From an uncultured delta proteobacterium (GTDB lineage Bacteria > Desulfobacterota > Syntrophobacteria > BM002), in assembly GCA_963712115.1 (NCBI GenBank), contig CAVQGX010000001.1, forward strand, positions 1-36,789: a stretch of DNA of 36,789 bases, given 5' to 3'. Positions 28,317 to 36,789 of this stretch are shown piece after piece. The translations under genes were made by a program, and so were the position numbers. The notes beneath the pieces were generated by a model. That model ran no database searches, was not told the origin of the DNA, and worked only from the letters and a program-made list of their open reading frames with translations. The first letter of the stretch is position 1. Each line of letters opens with the position of its first letter.

Positions 28317-28604
28317 GAAAGGCTCAAGGCACACGGCGCAAGGCACAAAGGAAGTGCAAGACTGGCGAGACGAGCAGAAAAGATGAGAGAGTCGGGAAAA
28401 GCAAGAAAGGCAAAAAAGTCAATCAGACGCTTTTAACGACTTTAACGGTTTCAACGATTTGAACGGCTTGAACGATTTGAGCCACGGACAACCGACCACA
28501 GACACAGCGCAATCTGCGAGCTGAATTGCATCTGTACAGGTAGAGAAAATTTGTTAAATTCGTTCAAATTGGTACACGGGATACTCATCACAACTTACTC
28601 TAAT

Positions 28605-28696
28605 TAGTATCTATCCGGAAACCTCCTTTCCCCTCCCCTGGCGGGAGGGGATACAGGGGAGGGGGAGGAGATTATTGTATTTCGGGATGGACGCTA
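28605..28696. repeat. REP-like copy (28630-28666) inside an imperfect inverted repeat
   Basis: tagtatctatccggaaa ... cccctcccctggcgggaggggatacaggggaggggga ... tttcgggatggacgcta. Confidence 0.65.
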
Positions 28697-28714
28697 AATC
28701 AATTCTATTAGCCT

Positions 28715-31700
28715 ATGACAAATTCAAAAGAGATAAGTTTATCCTTTACCGGAATACTTCTGAGTATTGTCCGGCGGCGCGTGCAGGTCTTGCTGGCCAT
28801 TGCGTTAGTCACTCTTTTTTTTGGCTGGCAGGTGCCGAAGCTCCACATTAAGACCTCCATCTACGACCTTGTAATCGAGGACCTCCCCGAGACAGCCCGC
28901 TACAATGAATTCAAAGAAGTGTTCGGCTCCGACGAGATCATCCGCGTGGTGGTTAAGGCCGAAAACATTTTCGATCCGGCAACCTTTCGCAAGATTGAAG
29001 AACTGGTGTCCACCGCAACGGAGATGGAAGGGGTGAGGAGGGTCATTAGCCTCCCCGGAATTAAAAAGGACGTAGACCCAGGCGATACGTGGAGTCTGGA
29101 TAGGTTTGCCGACATGGTGACTCCCGTTGCCATATTCAGGAAAAATCTCATTTCCGAGGATCACAAGGCTAGTGTTCTCACCCTTGTTCTGGAGGACCAG
29201 GCTGATAGGGACAAGGTGATCCAAAGGGTAAGAGAGATGATAGCCGGGGCGAGCAAAGACCTTTCTCTCTATCAGATCGGTATGCCCTTGGTTTCTGAGG
29301 CCTTGGCCAATTTTACTAAGAAGGATTTTTTCAGCCTTCCTCCAATCACCTTTCTGATCATTGCAGTCATTCTATTTTTTCTGTTCAGAAATCTTGGCTT
29401 GCCTGGCGTACTGCCATTCAGCTGTGTGGCGCTGGCACTAGTCTGGACATTCGGCCTCATGGCCTTGACCAAGACACCTCTTTCCATGCTCACCATGATA
29501 GTCCCGGTTTTTCTCATTGCGGTTGGCACAGCCTACTGCCTCCACATTGGTTCCGAGTATCTCACTTCAGCCCAAGAGACAGAGTCTCGAACCGAGGCGA
29601 CAGTTTCCACTTTTTCCCTGGTGTCCTTTCCCACGGCCCTCGCCGTGCTTACCACAGCTATCGGCCTCGGATCTCTCTTGGTCAACCGAATTGTTGCAAT
29701 CCGCGAGTTCGCCATCTTCTCCTGCTTTGGAATGTTCAGTCTCCTGGTCATCGTCCTGACTTTTTTCCCTGCGGCTCTGAGCATCTTTCCCTTGCCCAAG
29801 AAAAAGGGTGATGAGACGAATATCACGCCGCACTTCTTCGATCGTTTTCTGGACTGGGTAGTCAACCTGGACCTGCACAAGCAAAAAGTCACCCTGCCGA
29901 TTCTAGGGGCTCTAGTGCTGTTTTGCATTATAGGGATTTTGCGCATTCGGGTGGAGACCAGCCCCGTAGAATATTTCAAGAGAGACACTGAGGTCAGCCG
30001 CCATTTCCATGACATATACCGGGATTTGTCTGGAAGTTTTCCGGTAAATGTGGTCATGGCAAGTGAGGAAGAGGACTATTTCGAGGACTCCGAGCATCTC
30101 GCAGAGATCGGGACTCTGCAGCAATTTCTGGAGACGCTTCCCTTTGTAGATAAGGCCGTATCTTTCGCCGAATACATGAAGCTGGTCAACTACGCCATGA
30201 ACCAGTTCGATCCTGAATTCTACACTCTTCCCCGAAGAGGGCTTTGAAGTGAGGATGTTGATGAACAATTACAGGATCATGCTGGGCGATGACATGTATT
30301 CGCGCTTTATGAATCCTGAGTTAAACAAGGCAAACATTTTGCTTTTTACTCACCTATCAAGTTCGCGGGACTTTCTCAAAACCAGGGACGATATCCTTGC
30401 TCACGTGCAAGCGAATTTCTCCAAAGACCTGAAGTGGGATGTCACCGGCCTTGGCATGGTGATTTCGGCCAGCAGCCATCTCCTTACCAAAGGTCAGGTA
30501 AAGAGCCTGTCTATTACCGTGGTCCTGGTGTTCAGCATTATGTTCATGCTCTTTCTCTCGAGCAAGGTTGGTCTCATTGCCATCGTCCCCAATCTTTTTC
30601 CCATTGTCGTTGTCTTCGGGGTCATGGGATGGCTTGGTATAGAACTTTCAATGGTTACCAGTCTTATAGCTAGCATCGCCATTGGTCTGGCCGTAGACGA
30701 CACCATCCACTATCTGGTCCGGTATAACCGGGAGTTCAAAAAGAGTCTGGACGACAAACTGGCTCTCAGGCAGACGATCAAGCAAGTTGGAAGACCTATA
30801 GTTTTTACCACTCTGACCATTGGGGTTGGTTTCTCCATCCTCACCTTGTCGAGCTTCAAACCCACGGCCATATTTGGCCTCTTGATGGTGATCACCATGT
30901 TTTCGGCGCTGGTGGGAGATCTGATTATCCTTCCTTCTCTTATGCTCCATGTGGAGCTGGTAACCCTGTGGGATCTCTTGCGGCTAAAGATCGGCAGGGA
31001 CCCGCATCTGGGCATTCCGATTTTAGGTGGCCTTACCCGTACGCAGGCACACTATGTCTTAATGGCAGGGGCCCTGAGGGAATTCCGGGCTGAAGAGGTA
31101 CTGTTTCGCAAAGGCGATCCCAGCGATTTCATGTACGCGGTGCTCTCCGGGGAGATGGATGTGGTGGACCCAGTTATGGTAGACGGTCAACCAGATGAAT
31201 CCGGCACGGCTAGATTCATAACCCGTTTGAAAGCCGGCGACCTGTTGGGTGAGATGGGTTTTATTCGTTCCGTTCCCCGCTCCGCCACTGTCGTAGGAAC
31301 GGAACCTGGGGAGCTTCTTCAAATCAACTGGCGCATGATTAAAAGGCTGCAATGGTTATACCCCCCAACTGCCCACAAGTTTTTCTATAATCTGATAACC
31401 ATACTTTCCGATCGTCTTGAGAGATCCACCGACCGCCTCACCGAGATAAGCCGGATTGATTATCTTACCGGGTTAATAAACAAAAGAGGGTTTGTAGAGA
31501 TACTAGGAGGTGAAGTTCACAGAGCAAAACGGTACGAGTCGAAACTTTCACTATGTTTAATGCGCATGGACTTCCATACAACCAACCCGGGATTGAACCA
31601 CGACGACAACGATCGGATGCTCAAACTCCTGGCTGGAATTCTTTCAGAGGGTGTCCGCAGGAGTGACACCCTGGGCAGGGTAGATACCCACATGTTTGGC

Positions 31701-31943
31701 CTAATTATTCCCCATGCCTCGGCGTCAGAGGCTCAGCAGATCAGTGAGAGGTTGTGGGGGTCTCTGCAAGAAGAGGCCCGCCAAGATGGGGAAAACAGCG
31801 TCAGGGTTGCCCTTGGTCTAGTCGAGTTTCAAGCTGAAGCTGACGAAACAGAGACTGACTTTCTTGGCAGGGCCACTGAAGAGCTGTTGAAAGCCATGGA
31901 GGCCGATCAGGTTCGTGTGTTTCCGATACCGGAGGCTCAATAG
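28715..31943 (+). pseudogene. MMPL/RND exporter fused to a cNMP-binding domain and a degenerate GGDEF domain, split by a +1 frameshift near 30230-30247
   Basis: Two MMPL repeats (GLAVDDTIH), LFRKGD..GEMG..PRSATV, DYLTGLINKRGF. Removing one C from CCCC at 30230-33 gives YTLPEEGFEVRMLMN and a 1075-aa ORF. Confidence 0.75.
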
Positions 31944-32121
31944 GCCACTAGGCACTAGGGACTATGCACTAGGCACAGCGGCAAGACACGGGGACGGGGA
32001 GAAACGGCGAGATCGGGGATTAAAGATTTTCAAAATCCGCAATCCGAAATTCGCAATTTCCAAAGTGCCTAGTATTCAGGATTGTGGAAGCGGCTTTTAG
32101 CCGCGATTTGATGATCAGATC

Positions 32122-32652
32122 ATGGAATCCAAACAAATAATGATCCTCGGTGTGGGAAACCTCCTCTTCACTGATGAAGGAGTGGGGATACGGGTGGCTG
32201 AAGCCCTGCAAGACCGCTACGAGTTTCCGCAGAACGTAAGAGTAGTGGACGGCGGGACCCTGGGGCTAAATCTCCTGGGAGTTATTTCTGAGGCTGATCA
32301 CCTCATTGTGGTTGACGCAGTGCGGCAAGGCGGTGAGCCTGGCTCTCTTTACCGGTTGGCAGGAGAGGAAATTCCCAAGCGCATCCGGGCGAAGAACTCT
32401 CTGCACCAGGTGGAGTTTCTGGAAGCCCTGACCTGTTGTCAGGCCTTGGACAAGGTCCCGGAGACGGTGATAGTGGGAGTTGAACCCGAAGATATTACTA
32501 CTATGAGCATAGAGCTCACCGCAACTGTAAGTGCCAGAGTAGACGACCTGGTGGAAGCGGTTCTCAAGGAATTAACCAATCTGGGGGGAAGTTACTGCAA
32601 CAGAAAAGAAGGCGATAGTTGCGCTGATTCAGAATTTGTCAGAAGAATCTGA
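32122..32652 (+). CDS. Hydrogenase maturation protease (HyaD/HybD family)
   Basis: LGVGNLLFTDEGVG, VDGGTLG, VVDAV, SLHQ, GVEP. Confidence 0.95.
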   Translation: MESKQIMILGVGNLLFTDEGVGIRVAEALQDRYEFPQNVRVVDGGTLGLNLLGVISEADHLIVVDAVRQGGEPGSLYRLAGEEIPKRIRAKNSLHQVEFLEALTCCQALDKVPETVIVGVEPEDITTMSIELTATVSARVDDLVEAVLKELTNLGGSYCNRKEGDSCADSEFVRRI

Positions 32653-32670
32653 TATCAATAAAAAACACTT

Positions 32671-32790
32671 CCCCTCCCCTGGTGGGAGGGGATAAAGCCT
32701 GCCCGCCATCGCGAGCCTGACTCGCTCAGGCGAGGCGGGCGAGGGGGAGGGGGATCACCCCCACCTTAATCCTCCCCCTCAAGGGGGAGG
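32671..32790. repeat. REP-like inverted doublet with a nested palindrome
   Basis: Forward REP with insert 32698-32740 (homologous to 2594-2635), then reverse REP at 32755-32790. Confidence 0.78.
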
Positions 32791-32819
32791 AGATAATAGG
32801 GAATTCAGGAGAGTGATTC

Positions 32820-33107
32820 ATGTGCTTAGCGATACCGGCGAAGATTGTGAATATTGAAGATAACATGGGCACGGTGGACATGGCAGGGATTCAGAAAAAG
32901 GTGAGCCTGATCCTCCTGGAAGACGCCCAAGTAGGGGATTACGTCATCGTTCATGCCGGCTTTGGCATACACAAGATCGATGAACAAGCGGCCATGGAAT
33001 CATTGCGAATCCTCAGAGAGGCGGCATTCTTGCTGGATGTTGAGGATCCAGCCGGACCAGACGAAGTAACCATTACGCGTTTTGGGAGCGAAGAGGCAGA
33101 TTCGTAA
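32820..33107 (+). CDS. hypC: Hydrogenase chaperone HypC
   Basis: MCLAIP..., VGDYVIVHAGF. Confidence 0.96.
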   Translation: MCLAIPAKIVNIEDNMGTVDMAGIQKKVSLILLEDAQVGDYVIVHAGFGIHKIDEQAAMESLRILREAAFLLDVEDPAGPDEVTITRFGSEEADS

Positions 33108-33377
33108 ACGAGGCATAGAGCATAGGGCATAGAGCAAGGAGTCAGGAGTCAGAATCCAGGAGGATTGCGTAAGGGTTGTGGGAATGCTGGGTCAAATGTA
33201 ACCGAGAAGAGTAACCTGCAGTTGTCTCTTTTTCCCATTATTCCACTATTCCACTATTCCAATCTTCCATTTTGATGCAAATCTTTGCTCTTGACTTGTT
33301 TTTTTAATTGACGGTATCCTGCCTCTATATTTCAGTACTCTTAACTATTCAATTCTATAAATAAAAATCCCCCTCTA

Positions 33378-33430
33378 CCCTGTTAAATCCCTGTTTCGCA
33401 GGGTCCGCCTTAAGGCGGAATTTAACAGGG
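33378..33430. repeat. 53-bp cruciform mini-element
   Basis: Terminal IR CCCTGTTAAAT/ATTTAACAGGG enclosing the hairpins CCCTG..CAGGG and TCCGCC-TTAA-GGCGGA. Confidence 0.7.
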
Positions 33431-33456
33431 CGAGTCCCCTGCACGACAACTATTTT

Positions 33457-33889
33457 CCCCTCCCCTGGCGGGAGGGGATTAAGGGGAGGGGGAAAAACAA
33501 GGATACCATGACTAGCAGACTTACTAACCTCGCAAAAACCTTGAGAAAAAGGTCCACTGATGTAGAATTGCTTTTATGGCAAAGGCTTAAAGCCAGACGG
33601 CTCGAAGGAATCAAATTCAGAAGGCAACAACCGATTGAAGATTTCATTGTGGATTTTGTCAGTTTTGAGAAGCGAATCATAATTGAGTTGGATGGTGGAC
33701 AGCACGCGGATGATAGGAAAAGGGATCGCGAGAGGGATAGCCTTCTAAGAGAGGCTGGATTCAAGATACTGAGGTTTTGGAATAATGAGGTGTTAGAGAA
33801 CTTGGAAGGTGTGTTGGAGAGGATAAGAGAAACATGTTTAAGTTGATCTTTCACCCTCCCCCTGGCCCCCTCCCGTCAAGGGAGGGGGG
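33457..33889. mobile_element. Candidate element: DUF559 gene tightly flanked by inverted REP-like palindromes
   Basis: Left REP at 33457-33493 and right REP at 33851-33889 in reverse orientation. The same repeat is dispersed at four other loci. Confidence 0.55.
33508..33846 (+). CDS. DUF559 (Vsr-like) endonuclease
   Basis: AKTLRKRSTDVE.LLW..L, KFRRQQPI..FIVDF, IIELDGGQH, RD..L...G.KILRFWNNEV. Confidence 0.93.
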   Translation: MTSRLTNLAKTLRKRSTDVELLLWQRLKARRLEGIKFRRQQPIEDFIVDFVSFEKRIIIELDGGQHADDRKRDRERDSLLREAGFKILRFWNNEVLENLEGVLERIRETCLS

Positions 33890-33939
33890 AGGAATTTAAA
33901 GTTTGTCGGAAAGGCTCTAGCTGGGATTTGGGAAAAAAC

Positions 33940-36132
33940 ATGACAGACAAAGAAAAGTCCAAAGAGCAGCTATTGGATGAGCTGGCGGCATTGCGCCATC
34001 GCATCGCTGAGTTGGAAAGAACGGAGAGGGAGCACAAGCAGTCGGAGGAGGCACTCCGGGAGAGTGAGGAACAGTATCGTACCATAGTGGAGGCTCAGAT
34101 GGAGCTGGTCTGTCGCTTCTTACCAGATGGTACGTTGACTTTCGTCAATGAGGCTATATGCCAATTACTTGGACAGGAACGTGAAGAGATAATCGGACAA
34201 AACTTCTACGCATACGTGCACCCCGATGACCAGGAGAAAACCCGCAAGAAAATCAAAGCCCTGTCCAGAGAAAATCCCCTGGGAATTAATGAAGAGCGCG
34301 TGATTTTGCCGAATGGCGAAATGCGCTGGTGGCAATGGAGCAACCGGGCTTTGTTCGATGGCGAGGGCAAGTTCAGTGAGTTTCAGGCGGTTGGTCGAGA
34401 CATTACCGAGCGGGTGGAAACGGAGCAGAGGCTGCGGGAGAGCGAGGAAAGACACCGTTTGCTTCTGGAATCCTCCCCTGATCCTATAGTGGTCTACGAC
34501 ATGGAAGGGAGAGCCACCTATGTTAATCCAGCCTTTGAGAGTACCTTTGGTTGGTCTTCCGATGAGCTTTTAGGTAAACGCATTGATTTTGTTCCTGAGG
34601 ATAGTTGGCCGGAGACCAAAGCCGCTATTGACAGGATGAAAGGGGGAGAGAGAATTGTCTTCTTTGAAACCAGGCGACTAACTAAAGACGGAAGGGTCCT
34701 TGACATACAACTGAGTTCGTCTCTTTTCGAAGATCGAGAGGGCAACCCGGCAGGTAACATCGTCATCCTCCGGGACGTTACCTATCAAAAGCTGGCACAG
34801 GAAGTTATCAGGGAAAGTGAGGAGAAGTTTCGTGCCCTATTTGATCACATGCCCACCATGGCCTTTGTCATTGACAGGAATCACCGCCTCATTGCAGGCA
34901 ACTCGGCATTTACTGAAAAGATGGGAGACCAGTTCAACAGAACTACTTTGGAATTGTCAGGTGTACCTCGGTCCAAAAAGGAATTCTGGTATGGAATTGA
35001 AAAACAAGTGATTGAGTCCGGCCACCCCACCTGGTACGCGGAGGTGGTGGAGTCCCGCAATCAAGGGCGGACTTTCATTGAATGCAGAAAGCAGCCGGTT
35101 AAGGATCAGGATGGCGACGTTTCCATGGTCGTTGGTATCGCCACGGACGTTACAGATCATGTCAAGGAGCAGATCGCCCTGGCAGAAGAGGTGAGAGAGC
35201 TTCGAGTTCAGATATCCAAGGAGGCAGGCCCAACCATTATCGGCAAGAGCAAGAAAATTTCCGAAGCTCTCGGGCGGGTAAAAGCAATTGCTGGGACTGA
35301 TACCACGGTTCTCATCACGGGTGAGTCGGGTAGTGGTAAAGAGTTGGTGGCGGAAGCCATCCATAATCTGAGCAAGAGATCAAAGAAACCATTGATCAAG
35401 GTAAATTGTGCTGCCTTGCCTGAATCGATTATTGAGAGCGAGCTTTTCGGTCACACCAAGGGCGCTTTTACTGGTGCAGTCAGTAACAGGATCGGCCGCT
35501 TCGAGGCAGCAGATGGGGGTACAATCTTTCTCGATGAGATCGGTGATATCTCTCCCGGTGTGCAGGTAAGGCTACTGCGCGTTTTGGAAGAAAGAAAGGT
35601 TGAGAGGGTAGGGGATTACAGACCCATCAAAGTGGATGTGAGGATCGTTGCAGCTACCAATCAAAACCTCAGAAGCCTGGTGGAAAAGGGACGCTTTCGC
35701 GAAGATCTATTCTATCGCTTGAACGTCTTCAACATCCATATGCCGCCACTTAGGGAGAGGACAGAGGACATCCCTCTGCTGATAGCTCATTTTATCAAAA
35801 AATGCTCCAGGGAGATGGGGAAAGAAATTAGTTCAGTGAGCGATGAGGCCATGAGCTCTCTCCTCCAACACAATTGGAGAGGGAATGTACGAGAACTCAT
35901 GAATATCATCGAGAGTGGTTGCGTTCTCTGCGCCGGCCAGACCATCCAAGCAGAGCATCTGCCGCCGATTCTGGAAACTTGGACCACGGGTATTGAGGCA
36001 ACCAGCGACAAGGACATTCGAGAGGCTCTGCGCCTTACGAGAGGGAACAAAGCAAAGGCGGCAAGACTTCTAGGTATCCACCGGAGTACCCTCTATCGCA
36101 GAATGGAGCGCTACGGAATTGCGACAGAGTGA
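33940..36132 (+). CDS. Triple-PAS sigma54-dependent transcriptional activator
   Basis: Three PAS/PAC domains, [33 protein letters not shown], Fis-type HTH. Confidence 0.96.
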   Translation: MTDKEKSKEQLLDELAALRHRIAELERTEREHKQSEEALRESEEQYRTIVEAQMELVCRFLPDGTLTFVNEAICQLLGQEREEIIGQNFYAYVHPDDQEKTRKKIKALSRENPLGINEERVILPNGEMRWWQWSNRALFDGEGKFSEFQAVGRDITERVETEQRLRESEERHRLLLESSPDPIVVYDMEGRATYVNPAFESTFGWSSDELLGKRIDFVPEDSWPETKAAIDRMKGGERIVFFETRRLTKDGRVLDIQLSSSLFEDREGNPAGNIVILRDVTYQKLAQEVIRESEEKFRALFDHMPTMAFVIDRNHRLIAGNSAFTEKMGDQFNRTTLELSGVPRSKKEFWYGIEKQVIESGHPTWYAEVVESRNQGRTFIECRKQPVKDQDGDVSMVVGIATDVTDHVKEQIALAEEVRELRVQISKEAGPTIIGKSKKISEALGRVKAIAGTDTTVLITGESGSGKELVAEAIHNLSKRSKKPLIKVNCAALPESIIESELFGHTKGAFTGAVSNRIGRFEAADGGTIFLDEIGDISPGVQVRLLRVLEERKVERVGDYRPIKVDVRIVAATNQNLRSLVEKGRFREDLFYRLNVFNIHMPPLRERTEDIPLLIAHFIKKCSREMGKEISSVSDEAMSSLLQHNWRGNVRELMNIIESGCVLCAGQTIQAEHLPPILETWTTGIEATSDKDIREALRLTRGNKAKAARLLGIHRSTLYRRMERYGIATE

Positions 36133-36224
36133 CGCGCGACATAGGCGACATTTTGCGACACATCTTATTTAATACCAAAGTATTATCATCTTGCAATCCC
36201 AACACTTTTTTCTTAGGATTGCCT

Positions 36225-36240
36225 TGGTACGCACATTGCA
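36225..36240 (+). promoter_or_regulatory. Sigma54 (-24/-12) promoter
   Basis: TGGTAC-GCACA-TTGCA. GCGACA repeats lie 65-105 bp upstream. Confidence 0.7.
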
Positions 36241-36375
36241 ATTGTCAACACCAATTATCCCCACCCTCCAGTCCTTTTTCTCACCCTGGGGGGGAAATGG
36301 CACCAAGGAAGTCTGAGGCATCTACTGGCGTCGGTGTTCTAATTATCCCAAAAACCCATACACTTCCTTGGGACC

Positions 36376-36789
36376 ATGAGTGCTCAACCTCCTTTAGGCC
36401 ATTCCACCACTGGGCAAAGCCTGGAACCCTCCACTGGCAAGGTAATCTACATTGTCGGCCCCAGGAGGCTGCAGAACGAAGCCATAGCCTCGTGTTTGCA
36501 GCGACAAACAGGCGATCCGTGCTTTGTCCATGAAGTTCTAGGTTCCGTCCCTCTGGATGAGGCAAGTGACAACAGCCGACAAGGACTGGTGCTCCTGGAC
36601 TGTCAGGGAAAAGATGAGAAAAACGTCCTGGCAGAACTGAGGCCCTATCTCAGCCGAAAACAATCTGAAAACCACATAGTCCTTTTCAACGTGTCCCGCG
36701 ACTCCGGCATTGAAAAAAGATGCATATCTGAAGGAGTACGGGGCTTTTTTTATGCCGAAGACCAACTGGAAATACTGGTAAAAGGTGTT
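36376..36789 (+). CDS. CsgD/VpsT-like LuxR-family regulator, N-terminal part (truncated by the window end)
   Basis: Open frame absent from the ORF track: VIYIVGPRRLQNE...LVLLDC...IVLFNV...GVRGFFYAEDQLEILVKGV. Confidence 0.72.
   Translation, partial: MSAQPPLGHSTTGQSLEPSTGKVIYIVGPRRLQNEAIASCLQRQTGDPCFVHEVLGSVPLDEASDNSRQGLVLLDCQGKDEKNVLAELRPYLSRKQSENHIVLFNVSRDSGIEKRCISEGVRGFFYAEDQLEILVKGV

Noticed and set aside
30245-30247. TGA ending the first MMPL ORF as a third Sec codon
   Set aside because: The downstream coding sequence is in the +1 frame and the site is not a Cys position.
36129-36765. ORFs 36129..36533, 36281..36565 and 36538..36765
   Set aside because: They overlap the sigma54 promoter and the more convincing regulator frame starting at 36376.

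Overview
Energy-metabolism region of a sulfate-reducing deltaproteobacterium (Desulfobacterota-like, inferred from the dsrTMKJOP and cytochrome c3 content). In order: a stress/signalling cluster (degenerate crotonase, cNMP-binding protein, three universal stress proteins, GAF histidine kinase); a MOT1-type anion transporter; mdh; an HdrC/CCG Fe-S oxidoreductase that reads through an in-frame UGA; yjbQ; dsrT-dsrMKJOP; a VOC protein; four tandem CxxDxxC ferredoxins; a tetraheme cytochrome c3; tatA/B-tatC; a ModE-like HTH; a periplasmic group-1 [NiFe] hydrogenase; a frameshifted MMPL-cNMP-degenerate GGDEF gene; the hydrogenase maturation protease; hypC; a DUF559 nuclease bracketed by inverted REP-like palindromes; a PAS sigma54 activator; and a truncated CsgD/VpsT-like regulator. 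The top finding is in the hydrogenase large subunit. It has an in-frame UGA with a SECIS-like hairpin at the second position of the N-terminal Ni-binding motif (RSCGVU), which is a Ni-Fe bridging ligand. The C-terminal motif, where canonical [NiFeSe] enzymes carry Sec, stays DPCIAC. This suggests a non-canonical selenocysteine hydrogenase. Other leads are a DUF559/REP element with nested mini-palindromes, a duplicated hydrogenase 3' end that differs in its coding part only at synonymous sites, and a 4-way-junction ncRNA candidate. All family calls come from motif recognition by eye, not from database searches.
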